A stretch of DNA of 64,000 bases from Thermodesulfobacteriota bacterium (GTDB lineage Bacteria; Desulfobacterota; Binatia; Bin18). How positions within the stretch are numbered: the first letter of the stretch is position 1; each line of letters starts with the position of its first letter. The notes beneath the pieces were generated by a model. That model was not told where the DNA came from and did not search any database. It saw nothing but the letters and a program-made list of their open reading frames with translations. The stretch is taken from contig OZ219926.1 in assembly GCA_964291405.2 (NCBI GenBank), positions 704,001-768,000 of the forward strand, read 5' to 3'. This document shows, piece after piece, positions 20,295 to 28,799 of the stretch. A program made the translations under genes and the position numbers.

Positions 20295-20756
20295 TTATTT
20301 CACTCGACGAAGCGTGACCTCAGGCTCAACATTTTTCGTTTCCACCATGCCCAGGTACATCTCCAATTCTTCAATGTCCTCCTGCTCCCCTTCGATATGG
20401 TTCTCAAGCATGGAGCGTAGCGCGACATTGCCTTCGGCCAGGGCATGGGCTTCCAGATACGCCTGCATGGCTTCTTTTTCGAGCGCCAAGTCCTGCTGTA
20501 GCATTTCTTCCAGGTCGGTTGACTGGTGCACCGTCGTCCCAATCTCAACTGAGGGGACACCACCCAGGGAAACGATCTTTTGGCCAAACGTATGGGCATG
20601 GGACAGCGCGGTCTTGCTTTGGCCTTCAAAAAAATCAGCAAAAACCTTACGCCACAGACCGTTCACGAGGAGGGCATGCTGCTGGTATTGGAGGGTCGCG
20701 GCGTGTTCAAGGGAAATGGCTTTGTTCAACGCGGTAATAACTTTTTGGGTATCCAT
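20295..20756 (-). CDS. Ferritin-like (bacterioferritin-related) protein
   Basis: LNKAISLE...QY, HA...KIVSLGGVP, EEMLQQDLALE four-helix-bundle motifs; SD AAGGAGG. Confidence 0.88.
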   Translation of the reverse strand: MDTQKVITALNKAISLEHAATLQYQQHALLVNGLWRKVFADFFEGQSKTALSHAHTFGQKIVSLGGVPSVEIGTTVHQSTDLEEMLQQDLALEKEAMQAYLEAHALAEGNVALRSMLENHIEGEQEDIEELEMYLGMVETKNVEPEVTLRRVK

Positions 20757-20802
20757 GAGAGACCTCCTTGGTTACGAAAATTAATCAACCAACGATGAAT
20801 AC

Positions 20803-20831
20803 ACTATACACATCCGCATGACCCTTGTCAA
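20803..20831 (-). promoter_or_regulatory. Sigma70 promoter for ferritin-like gene
   Basis: TTGACA-17 bp-TATAGT on minus strand. Confidence 0.75.
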
Positions 20832-20856
20832 CCCTAAGTTATTGATTTTATTGAGG

Positions 20857-20917
20857 AATTGATTTTGAAAATCGTTTTCAATTAAGTACCGAAACGATTT
20901 TGAAATTCACTTTCAAT
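20857..20917. promoter_or_regulatory. Two Fur-type boxes in divergent intergenic region
   Basis: TTGAAAATCGTTTTCAA (20865-20881) and TTGAAATTCACTTTCAA (20900-20916), each preceded by an extra GATTTT hexamer. Confidence 0.8.
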
Positions 20918-20999
20918 ATGACCCGAATAACGCTCTATAGCCCGGATAACAGACCTACGACAGAGATAATCGAACAGACAAAAAGGAAGGGAGAGACTG

Positions 21000-21236
21000 A
21001 TGAGACACAATGAGAAAGGCGGGCAAGACCTACAGGATCAATTTGCGAAGGTCTTTACCAATGACGCCGGTATTACGGCGCGCGTCTGCCCACAAGGACA
21101 TGTCTATCTTCAGGTGGGACACACCTGCATTTCGTTCCGTAAAGAGCACTTTGTGGACTTGGCTCAGGTCGTCCACGCGGCAGAACGACATATCTTAGAG
21201 ACCAGCTCCCATTGGAGCTCGCACACACAACATTAG
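21000..21236 (+). CDS. Small hypothetical protein, Cys/His-containing (paralogue 1 of 3)
   Basis: Strong SD AGGAAGGGAG; aligns without gaps to 26266-26469 and to the C-terminus of 25797-26201. Confidence 0.75.
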   Translation: MRHNEKGGQDLQDQFAKVFTNDAGITARVCPQGHVYLQVGHTCISFRKEHFVDLAQVVHAAERHILETSSHWSSHTQH

Positions 21237-21365
21237 AGCGCTACGACAATCGACGATGCTGTAACAAAACACTCAACAACCTTCCCTGAGCATACAGCGG
21301 CCCGCGGTCCCAACCCAGAGCCCAGCGCAAAACGCACTCGGGTATCCGTTTCATCGGAGGGTAGA

Positions 21366-21650
21366 ATGTTCCGCGACCCGTTCATTGCTGAAGCTTGGCA
21401 ACTCCGTCACCAAGCAAACCTCGTTCCTTTCCACGTCTTCCTGTCGGCAGCCGTGTGGCTGGAAGAGCGCTATCAGCGTTCCCCATCGGCTCAGACCGCT
21501 CGCAGCATTGCTTTCCACTATTTACTGCTGGCCATGCGTCCGAACTTGGCGTCTGTCCACATGGCTGAGGAGTATGCTGCCCGTGCGGTCCGCTGGCGAG
21601 AACGGGCTGGAGAAGCGTTCACGCCTGAGCAGGCTCTCTTCTTACAATAA
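21366..21650 (+). CDS. Hypothetical helical protein
   Basis: GGAGG SD 6 nt before ATG; no recognised family. Confidence 0.65.
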   Translation: MFRDPFIAEAWQLRHQANLVPFHVFLSAAVWLEERYQRSPSAQTARSIAFHYLLLAMRPNLASVHMAEEYAARAVRWRERAGEAFTPEQALFLQ

Positions 21651-21652
21651 CA

Positions 21653-21835
21653 GTGGGGGGAGTCCTCCTCCCAAGGTCCCTAGAGCGTGTTAGGGACTTC
21701 TGGTAACCTCTTGATTTTAGTATTTTTCACGAGATCGCCCAAGACCACTCTGAGGGAGCTCCTGAATCATCCTCCGAGGAAAATGAATCGCCTAGGGATC
21801 CCTCCTCCCTAGGGACCCCCTCCCTCCTTCTCTTA
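21653..21835 (+). ncRNA. Candidate structured RNA with C-rich anti-SD loop (element 1)
   Basis: Hairpins at 21655-21672 and 21674-21699; CCTAGGGA-[TCCCTCC]-TCCCTAGG (21791-21813) followed by CCCCCTCCCTCCTTCTCTT. Confidence 0.45.
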
Positions 21836-22008
21836 TCGAACGGAGGCGTGAACAGAGACGGGCGAGCAAAACAACGTCGTGCAGAAAAAGGAGCGTACAG
21901 AATGGCTGGGCCGTAACATTTCACCAAGAGTAACGTACCGGGAATCCCGCCAGCTCTGACCGGGCAGGCGGACAACACAACAGCAGACACAAACAAGGAG
22001 CACACAGA

Positions 22009-23673
22009 ATGACCGCATCTCAACCTTTCACCATATCGACTTGGAAATGGCTGCTCGGTCTGAGCGTTTTTTTTCTCGCCCTACTTATCAGCGTGCCGAG
22101 TTTTGCCCGGATTGTCGTGACACTCGAAAATCCAGGCCAGGGAGACACGGCCTCGGGTGTGACCGCGATTTCGGGCTGGACCTATTCGACTGAAGGCGCA
22201 GACGTGACTGTCAAACTGCGTCTGAACGGAGAAACAGGCGAAGAGATCCCGTGCTGTGGTCCACGTGAGGATGTCAAATATGCTCTCTCGGACGCCCCAC
22301 TGGAAACCGGCTTTGGGCTGTTATTCAACTATGGGCGGCTTCCAGCCGGGGTCCATACCGTTGGCGTAGAAGTCAGCGCCGGCGAAGAAATCATGGTCGT
22401 CGATCATGCCGTCACCGTCGTTGTCCCCGCTGATTCTGAATTTCTCAGCGCCGTTGATCTCAGCGGGGCTTCGGCCAGCATTGAGGGGGACAAAATTGTC
22501 GTGAGCGGGGTTGAAGTCACGGATAAAGACAGTGGTGATATGATGACCGTCGATGTCGACCTCAACTATAAGACCGGTCTGCAGTCCTTTCAGGTCACGG
22601 AAGCGCAAGGGCCTGCTGGTGACCTGCATGTAGACGAAATCTTGATGGATGTCGCCCACGCCATTTTCGCCACCTATGACGCCCTGAATATGGCGGCGCA
22701 CGACCCGGATGCGGCGGGCGGCAGAGAGGTGAACGTGGACACCCTGTCCTCAGCAGTCTTTTCCTTGGTCGGGGTAAGTGCTGCTAGCGAGGCTGATGCT
22801 ATTGCCCTGTTGCCCGCCGTCCAACATGCCTGGCGGGATGCGCGTGTCCCCTGGGAGCAGAGCGAGGCGTTTCTGTTCGGGCCGGTGGACACGGACGAAC
22901 ACGACCCCTTCCTGGACACCTGGCCACTTAACGTCACTGACCTCGAAGCCATCATCGCGTCCAACGCTGACATTGATGCCGTCGAGCTTACTGATGACGT
23001 TCAGGGCTTCCATGCCCTGGAATATCTGCTGTTCCAGGATATGAACGGCAACACCGACTCAGCCGCGATTGTGAATGCCCTCCACACCGACCCACGCAGG
23101 AGAGCCTACATGCGGAGGGTGATGGGGGAGTTTACCAATCACACCCAGGCACTTCGCGACAGTTGGGATCCCGATATGGGGAATTTCGTGGCGGAACTTG
23201 CCATGGCTGGCCACGGCAGTCCCCGTATGACCTACGGCAGCGAGAGAGCGGCCATGCAAACGCTGCTCGAAGCCATGATAGGGATTGCTGCCGAGCTGCA
23301 TGACGCCAAACTGGGGGCCTCAAGCCCCGCTGAAGAAGAGTCGCGCTTCAGCAACAACTCCAGGATCGACTTCCTCAACAACGTGCGCAGTATCAACAAC
23401 GTCTATGAGGGCCGTTTTGATCAGAGCGACAGCACCTCGATGGGGGTGACGGATTTTGTCGCCAATAAAAACCCGGCCCTGGACGCGGAGGTCCGAATGG
23501 CAATCCGTGATGCCAAGGCGGCTATCATCGCCATCCCGGAGCCCTTTGGACAGAGCATCACCGCCCATCCCGATGCTGTCGCAAATGCTATCCAAGCCGC
23601 CATGGCATTGGAGACGAAGCTGGTAGAGGTTCTTGACGCTGTCAATGCGGCGGATTTCGGCCACGACCACTAA
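22009..23673 (+). CDS. Imelysin-family iron-regulated protein with N-terminal beta-rich domain
   Basis: Signal peptide; AWRDARVPWEQSEAFLFGP, GFHALEYLLF (GxHxxE), EESRFSNNS motifs. Confidence 0.88.
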   Translation: MTASQPFTISTWKWLLGLSVFFLALLISVPSFARIVVTLENPGQGDTASGVTAISGWTYSTEGADVTVKLRLNGETGEEIPCCGPREDVKYALSDAPLETGFGLLFNYGRLPAGVHTVGVEVSAGEEIMVVDHAVTVVVPADSEFLSAVDLSGASASIEGDKIVVSGVEVTDKDSGDMMTVDVDLNYKTGLQSFQVTEAQGPAGDLHVDEILMDVAHAIFATYDALNMAAHDPDAAGGREVNVDTLSSAVFSLVGVSAASEADAIALLPAVQHAWRDARVPWEQSEAFLFGPVDTDEHDPFLDTWPLNVTDLEAIIASNADIDAVELTDDVQGFHALEYLLFQDMNGNTDSAAIVNALHTDPRRRAYMRRVMGEFTNHTQALRDSWDPDMGNFVAELAMAGHGSPRMTYGSERAAMQTLLEAMIGIAAELHDAKLGASSPAEEESRFSNNSRIDFLNNVRSINNVYEGRFDQSDSTSMGVTDFVANKNPALDAEVRMAIRDAKAAIIAIPEPFGQSITAHPDAVANAIQAAMALETKLVEVLDAVNAADFGHDH

Positions 23674-23756
23674 CCGCACGATTGCAGGACCAATGAGCCG
23701 GAGTGGGGTGATCCCGCTCCGGCTACCAAGACAGGGCCTCACATTGGGAACAGTTC

Positions 23757-25640
23757 ATGCAGAAACCTCGCTTTGTCGTCTTCACCCTCACGTTGGTCAC
23801 CCTGTGTGTCTCCGTCTTCTTCCGGCATTCCTCGGCCTGGGCCACTATTACCGCGACCCTGGAAAACCCGCCCGACGGAGAACACATGTCCGGCATTCAT
23901 ACCATCTCGGGCTGGGCGTATAGCGATACGGGCGCGCCGGTCAGTGTCCGGCTGCGCATTGACGGCGAACTCCGGGAAACGATTCCGTGTTGCGGGGAAC
24001 GCAACGATGTTCAGGCCGTTTTTCCGGACGCCCCTTTGGCCACATCTTTCAGTTTGTTGTTCAATTACGGCCGGCTCAGCGCCGGGGTACATATCATTGG
24101 AATTGAGGTCCAGGCCGCTGGTGAGACCACAGTGGTTCTGGATCACGCTGTGGCGGTCGTCAAACCGGGGGACGTGGAGTTTGTGGAGACGATGGATATG
24201 ACGGCCGCCACTGTCCGCATTGAGGACAACGAGCTGCTGATAGCCGATGCGCTTGTCGAGCATATCCCGACTGACCTGCGTCTCAAATATGCCACCAGCC
24301 TCCAATCGCCGCTCCTCGTTGAAGCCAGGCCGAGCGGAGCCGATGGCAGCCAGAGCGCGGCCCTGGCCGGCGGAGCCACCACGCTTTTTGATGCCTCCAG
24401 CCAGGCGTTTGAGATGCCGGCACCGAATCTTGAGGGGGCACGGCTGGATAAGCATCTGGCTGGAGATGTCGCTTTTGGAGATAGTTTTGTCACCGCTCCT
24501 GCTCCGATCTTCAGCGGGCTGGGACCCATCTTCAATAATACTGCCTGCGATAGCTGCCATCCAAAAAACGGCCGCGGACGACCGCCGCGAGACGGCGAAC
24601 GCATGGCCTCCATGTTTCTTCGGGTCAGCCTGCCCGGCACCGATCCCTTGACGGGCGGTCCTCTGGCGGTCCCCGGTATGGGCACGCAGTTCCAGCACCT
24701 GGCCAACTTTGGAGTGCCGCCCGAAGGCGATGTTGTTATCAGCGAAGAGTTCAGCGACGGCATGTTTGGCGCTGGCGAGGCGTTTGAGTTGCGCCGTCTG
24801 CACTTTCAGATCGAGAATCCCGCCCAGCCGATTCCGGATACGGTTCTCACTTCACCACGGGTGGCTCTGCCAGTCTTTGGGCGGGGTCTGCTTGAAGCGA
24901 TTGATGAGGACACGATTCTCGGCTTAGCGGACGAGGACGACGCGGACGGCGATGGCATCTCGGGTCGGCCCAATTGGGTCTGGGACGTGGTGCGGCAGCG
25001 AACAGCGCTCGGACGCTTTGGCTGGAAGGCCAATAATCCAACCCTCTTGCAGCAAACCTTTACCGCCTACAACCAGGACATGGGCGTGACCAACCCCTTC
25101 CTTCCCCAAGAAAGCGCATTTGGTCAGATCCAGGATGACGGCTTGGCGGATGACCCTGAGATTGATCTGGAAACGGTTGATGTCGCCACTTTTTATATCC
25201 AGACACTCGCCGTGCCCGCCCGCCGCAACCTCGACGATCCGCAGGTACAGCAGGGAGAAGACCTCTTTCATGAGGCGCAGTGCACGGGCTGTCATATTCC
25301 CACTATCCGAACCGGCGTCTTAGCCGGGGTGCCGGAAGTGTCCAACCAGACCATTCATCCCTACACCGACCTGCTCCTGCACGACATGGGAGACGGCCTG
25401 GCGGATGGCCGGCCGGATTTTGTCGCAACCGGCCGGGAATGGCGGACACCGCCGTTGTGGGGCATCGGCCTGACCCTGCGCGCCCAAGGTCACACCCTGT
25501 TCCTGCACGATGGTCGGGCGCGCAATCTCACAGAGGCCATTCTGTGGCATGGCGGAGAAGCCGAAGCCGCCCGGGAGGCTTTCCGCCTGATGACCCTGGG
25601 CGAGCGCGAGGCATTATTCACCTTTCTGGAGTCGCTATAG
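23757..25640 (+). CDS. Di-haem oxidoreductase family (DHOR) protein with the same N-terminal domain
   Basis: Two CxxCH (CDSCH, CTGCH), GLGPIFN, DGDGISGRPN, GRFGWKA, TDLLLHDMG, EWRTPPLWGIG, LHDGRAR. Confidence 0.92.
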   Translation: MQKPRFVVFTLTLVTLCVSVFFRHSSAWATITATLENPPDGEHMSGIHTISGWAYSDTGAPVSVRLRIDGELRETIPCCGERNDVQAVFPDAPLATSFSLLFNYGRLSAGVHIIGIEVQAAGETTVVLDHAVAVVKPGDVEFVETMDMTAATVRIEDNELLIADALVEHIPTDLRLKYATSLQSPLLVEARPSGADGSQSAALAGGATTLFDASSQAFEMPAPNLEGARLDKHLAGDVAFGDSFVTAPAPIFSGLGPIFNNTACDSCHPKNGRGRPPRDGERMASMFLRVSLPGTDPLTGGPLAVPGMGTQFQHLANFGVPPEGDVVISEEFSDGMFGAGEAFELRRLHFQIENPAQPIPDTVLTSPRVALPVFGRGLLEAIDEDTILGLADEDDADGDGISGRPNWVWDVVRQRTALGRFGWKANNPTLLQQTFTAYNQDMGVTNPFLPQESAFGQIQDDGLADDPEIDLETVDVATFYIQTLAVPARRNLDDPQVQQGEDLFHEAQCTGCHIPTIRTGVLAGVPEVSNQTIHPYTDLLLHDMGDGLADGRPDFVATGREWRTPPLWGIGLTLRAQGHTLFLHDGRARNLTEAILWHGGEAEAAREAFRLMTLGEREALFTFLESL

Positions 25641-25691
25641 AGGTCAACATGCAGCGAACAAGCGCGCCACATATCTATGGAATATCAAGTT

Positions 25692-25765
25692 GCAGGGGGG
25701 AGGCTGCCTTCCCTGCCGCAGGCCCTGGGGTTTTCCTACCCCAACCCTGGGGCCTGCTCCCCTCG
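25692..25765 (+). ncRNA. Candidate structured RNA with C-rich loop (element 2)
   Basis: GGGGGGAG hairpin, then 15-bp stem 25718-25732/25743-25757 (two G-U pairs) closing loop TTCCTACCCC, followed by TCCCCTC. Confidence 0.45.
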
Positions 25766-25796
25766 GGCTGACATTTCGGACTAAATGAGGATTAGT

Positions 25797-26201
25797 ATGG
25801 TACGAAAAAGCGTATCCTCCCGCAGACGGCAGACTGGCTATCTCAGCGCCCGTGCCATGCTCTTGCTCTCCGAATACAGCCTGATCGTCTTTCTCTTGTG
25901 GGCGGTCGCTGTCGAGCAGACCAAATCCACCCGGCCATCAGTTGGTCAGCGACCCGGAGCCGCAGAGAGGTCGCTGAGCAGCGTAGCCTATGCAGCTCTC
26001 CCGTCCCATTTATCGCCGGCACAACACATGCCCACACAGTGGCAATGTCAGCCGGCTGAAATCTCTGGGCAACTTCATGGCGTGCCCCAGGTTGATCTGT
26101 GTCCCGACCCTGGCGTGCCCATCCAAATCGGCATGCTCCGTTTACACGTCTGTCAGCGCGACTTTTTTCAGATAGCCCAGGCTATTAGCAGCCGTGGCTG
26201 A
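25797..26201 (+). CDS. Hypothetical protein, one hydrophobic segment plus C-terminal small-paralogue domain (2 of 3)
   Basis: GAGGA SD before ATG 25797; C-terminal VDLCPDPGVPIQIGMLRLHVCQRDFFQIAQAI aligns with neighbours. Confidence 0.55.
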   Translation: MVRKSVSSRRRQTGYLSARAMLLLSEYSLIVFLLWAVAVEQTKSTRPSVGQRPGAAERSLSSVAYAALPSHLSPAQHMPTQWQCQPAEISGQLHGVPQVDLCPDPGVPIQIGMLRLHVCQRDFFQIAQAISSRG

Positions 26202-26265
26202 AACAGCGACACCGCTGAACAAAACAAACCCGGACCATGGTCCCCAAGAATAAAGGAGAACGAGT

Positions 26266-26469
26266 ATGTATGACACGCACCTATGGCAAACGCCGGATAA
26301 ACGCATCACTGTTTCTTTGTGTTCCGAAGGCTGTCTTCATGTCATGGTGGGCCGGGCCATCATTAAAATGACCCCGGAAGAATTCTTTGCTCTACAAACC
26401 GTGGTAGCCAAGGCGGCCCAGGATTTGCGGAATTCGCCCGTCCCCCAGCAAGACTCGGTAGGCCATTAA
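26266..26469 (+). CDS. Small hypothetical protein (paralogue 3 of 3)
   Basis: AAGGAG SD; ITVSLCSEGCLHVMVGRAIIKMTPEEFFAL. Confidence 0.78.
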   Translation: MYDTHLWQTPDKRITVSLCSEGCLHVMVGRAIIKMTPEEFFALQTVVAKAAQDLRNSPVPQQDSVGH

Positions 26470-26543
26470 GAGCGGTGATACGCTCGGAAGCGATCTACAG
26501 GCCCCAATAACCAACGATATCCGTCAGAATAGGGTCAGTGCGT

Positions 26544-27302
26544 TCAAATCAATCTCGGCAATATGGCGCGCCGTTGCAAAGGATAATTCTCAAACGTCTC
26601 ATGATACCATGCGTGGCGCCAGAGTGCCCTCGGCACCATGTTTGCAATCGTCCACAGGGCAAACGCGAGGCCCGGCAGCGACCAGCTCAACAGTGCGAAG
26701 CCGACCCATTCGATTATTTCGCCCAGCAGATTGGGGCACGACACGAGATTGAAAACACCGCCGCGGGGAATGACGTATTTGCCATCGTTATCCATACGCA
26801 ATCGCCGGAGACGATAGTCAGACCAGATATTTAACATGCCCCCGCTTATTGCCAACGTCAGACCGATGGCAAATCGCGGGTCAGTCACCCAATCGTTGGC
26901 ATACTCGGCGATGTATCCCATAGACCATCCCCATAAGCCGCCATTGAGTACATTGAAAACTATGCCGGACACGCACAGCATGACTCGCATCTTGCTATCG
27001 CGTCGTGGAACAATCCACGGCCATATCAGCGCTCGATGGGTGTAGTGCGCGACCCACAGAGCGACCACTGTATTGCCGACAAAATGGTGGTGCGGACTGA
27101 AAAAGTATATGCCCGGGAAGGTAAGTAGCGCGGGCGCCTCCATTACAAACCAACCCCAGCGGCTGTTGATACGAGGCCCGATACCTGTGCCCCCAACGCG
27201 CTCCACCGGGTCCCACTTCATCAAACCCGCGATCAGTACCAACGGCGACAGCCCCACCCAAATCCCGGCGAGGATCTCAAATGAGGGAAATTCCCCGCTC
27301 AC
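26544..27302 (-). CDS. Steroid 5-alpha-reductase family (3-oxo-5-alpha-steroid 4-dehydrogenase-like) membrane protein
   Basis: GWFVMEAP, HYTHRALIWP, YVIPRGGVFNLVSCPNLLGEIIEWVGFA, PRALWRHAWY; GTGA overlap with upstream stop. Confidence 0.9.
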   Translation of the reverse strand: MSGEFPSFEILAGIWVGLSPLVLIAGLMKWDPVERVGGTGIGPRINSRWGWFVMEAPALLTFPGIYFFSPHHHFVGNTVVALWVAHYTHRALIWPWIVPRRDSKMRVMLCVSGIVFNVLNGGLWGWSMGYIAEYANDWVTDPRFAIGLTLAISGGMLNIWSDYRLRRLRMDNDGKYVIPRGGVFNLVSCPNLLGEIIEWVGFALLSWSLPGLAFALWTIANMVPRALWRHAWYHETFENYPLQRRAILPRLI

Positions 27303-28360
27303 AAATACATGCCTTGCTCTTTGAACCAATTGAGGGCATCGCGGATCGATTCTTCAAGTGGTCGAGATTCGTATCCCAATTGTCTCCTCGCCGAGGACTC
27401 ATCAACAGACACCGGACAGTCGCGCAAAAGGTCAAGCGAATTTCTGGAGTAAAGAGGTGGTCGATTTTTTATCGCGGCATACAGTTGAACAAAAGGCAAA
27501 CCCGCCAGGGCCAGAAAATAGGGCATGGCGGGGCGCGTCACACGACGCCCCAGAATGTGGGAACACAGACGCGCTAGTTCAATAATCTTTGCGTATCGGC
27601 CCACGGTAAAATACACCTCGCCATGACATTCGCTCTGCCCCACCGCATTTGCGGCAGCGGCCGCCACATCTCGCATATCGCTCCACCAGAATCCCTCGTC
27701 AATGAGACATGGCAACCGCTTTTGCGCGATGGCGAGCAACATGTCACCAACGAGGGTCGGCTGCGTATCGCCGGGACCTATAAGACTCGAAGGACAGATA
27801 ACAGAGGCATTAATCCGACCACTCCTCGCCGCTTCGAGCACGCTGCTATGCGCTTCGGCTTTTGTAGCCGTATAGGGGATTTTGGAATGCTGTCCCGGCT
27901 TTGAATCAGCGTCTAAAACCCGTCCACGCAACGGGCTGAATGCGTGTATGGAACCGATGTGCACCAGCCTGCGTACGCCGTTGTCAACACACGCTTTAAT
28001 CACGTTTCGGGTACCCGTCAGGTTGACCGCCCTGACCAAATCCTCGGGATCGGTGCCAATCGTCACCATCGCAGCATTGTGTACGACGGCATCAGTATTT
28101 TGGAATGCCAAGTTCAACGATTCGACATTTCGAATATCCGCAGGCCACAATTCGACCCGCTTGTTCAGGTCATCGGGGAATTTGCGACTGCTGCCCTGAC
28201 GCGTAACAGCACGTACCGTATACCCACACCGCAGCAAGGCGCGGCATATATGGCTCCCGAGAAAACCCGCAGCACCGGTCACGGCAACGAGGCGTTTGGT
28301 GTCTTTAGGACCGTATGCCTTGTCGTTGGAATCGGACATCACCCATTCCTCAGTTATCAT
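27299..28360 (-). CDS. NAD-dependent epimerase/dehydratase (HpnA/dihydroflavonol reductase-like)
   Basis: VTGAAGFLG, VNLTGTRNV, YTATK. Confidence 0.88.
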   Translation of the reverse strand: MITEEWVMSDSNDKAYGPKDTKRLVAVTGAAGFLGSHICRALLRCGYTVRAVTRQGSSRKFPDDLNKRVELWPADIRNVESLNLAFQNTDAVVHNAAMVTIGTDPEDLVRAVNLTGTRNVIKACVDNGVRRLVHIGSIHAFSPLRGRVLDADSKPGQHSKIPYTATKAEAHSSVLEAARSGRINASVICPSSLIGPGDTQPTLVGDMLLAIAQKRLPCLIDEGFWWSDMRDVAAAAANAVGQSECHGEVYFTVGRYAKIIELARLCSHILGRRVTRPAMPYFLALAGLPFVQLYAAIKNRPPLYSRNSLDLLRDCPVSVDESSARRQLGYESRPLEESIRDALNWFKEQGMYL

Positions 28361-28534
28361 TGGTGGCGCTATTGGCCAATTCCAGGACGAGTGTCACTCC
28401 CTACGCCTTTCTCCAGACCGTGCAACACGAAGACTTGCACCGACAAATCCTCTATCCACTTGTGAACGCGTAAAAAATCTCTTCAGTGAACCTCGACATG
28501 CTACAGTATCCGTTTCAATATCCTTCGTCACTTG

Positions 28535-28692
28535 AAAAGACGAGAGCCCTTCAGGGCCAACCTCGCCGGCTGCTCCGCTGTTGGAAATGCAGAGTGGCGG
28601 TCCGGCCGGTCCTAGGTCTGTAGGGAGAAGCCCCGGGGCGGTAGGAGGGATGCCCCGGGGCCGGATGCAAGGTCCAACACCAAACCTTGCAT
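28535..28692 (-). ncRNA. Candidate structured RNA with anti-SD loop (element 3)
   Basis: Consecutive hairpins on minus strand, including GCCCCGGGGC-[ATCCCTCCTACC]-GCCCCGGGGC; G-U pairs form only on the minus strand; ends in GCCC-TGAA-GGGC plus pyrimidine tract. Confidence 0.5.
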
Positions 28693-28733
28693 AGCGAAAA
28701 CGACGAACCTGCGGCCTGTATGCTACCTTGCAC

Positions 28734-28765
28734 AAAAAAGCCCGCAGCGACGACTACTGCGGGCT
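28734..28765 (-). terminator. Intrinsic terminator
   Basis: AGCCCGCAG-9 nt-CTGCGGGC then TTTTTT on minus strand. Confidence 0.8.
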
Positions 28766-28799
28766 CGAGGCTCAAAGGCCGTGGGCCGGGTACGGATTC

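Noticed and set aside
28535-28692. SRP RNA, 6S RNA or riboswitch identity for the structured region
   Set aside because: Lacks the SRP domain IV motif, the long 6S rod and any aptamer consensus I recognise; kept as unassigned candidate
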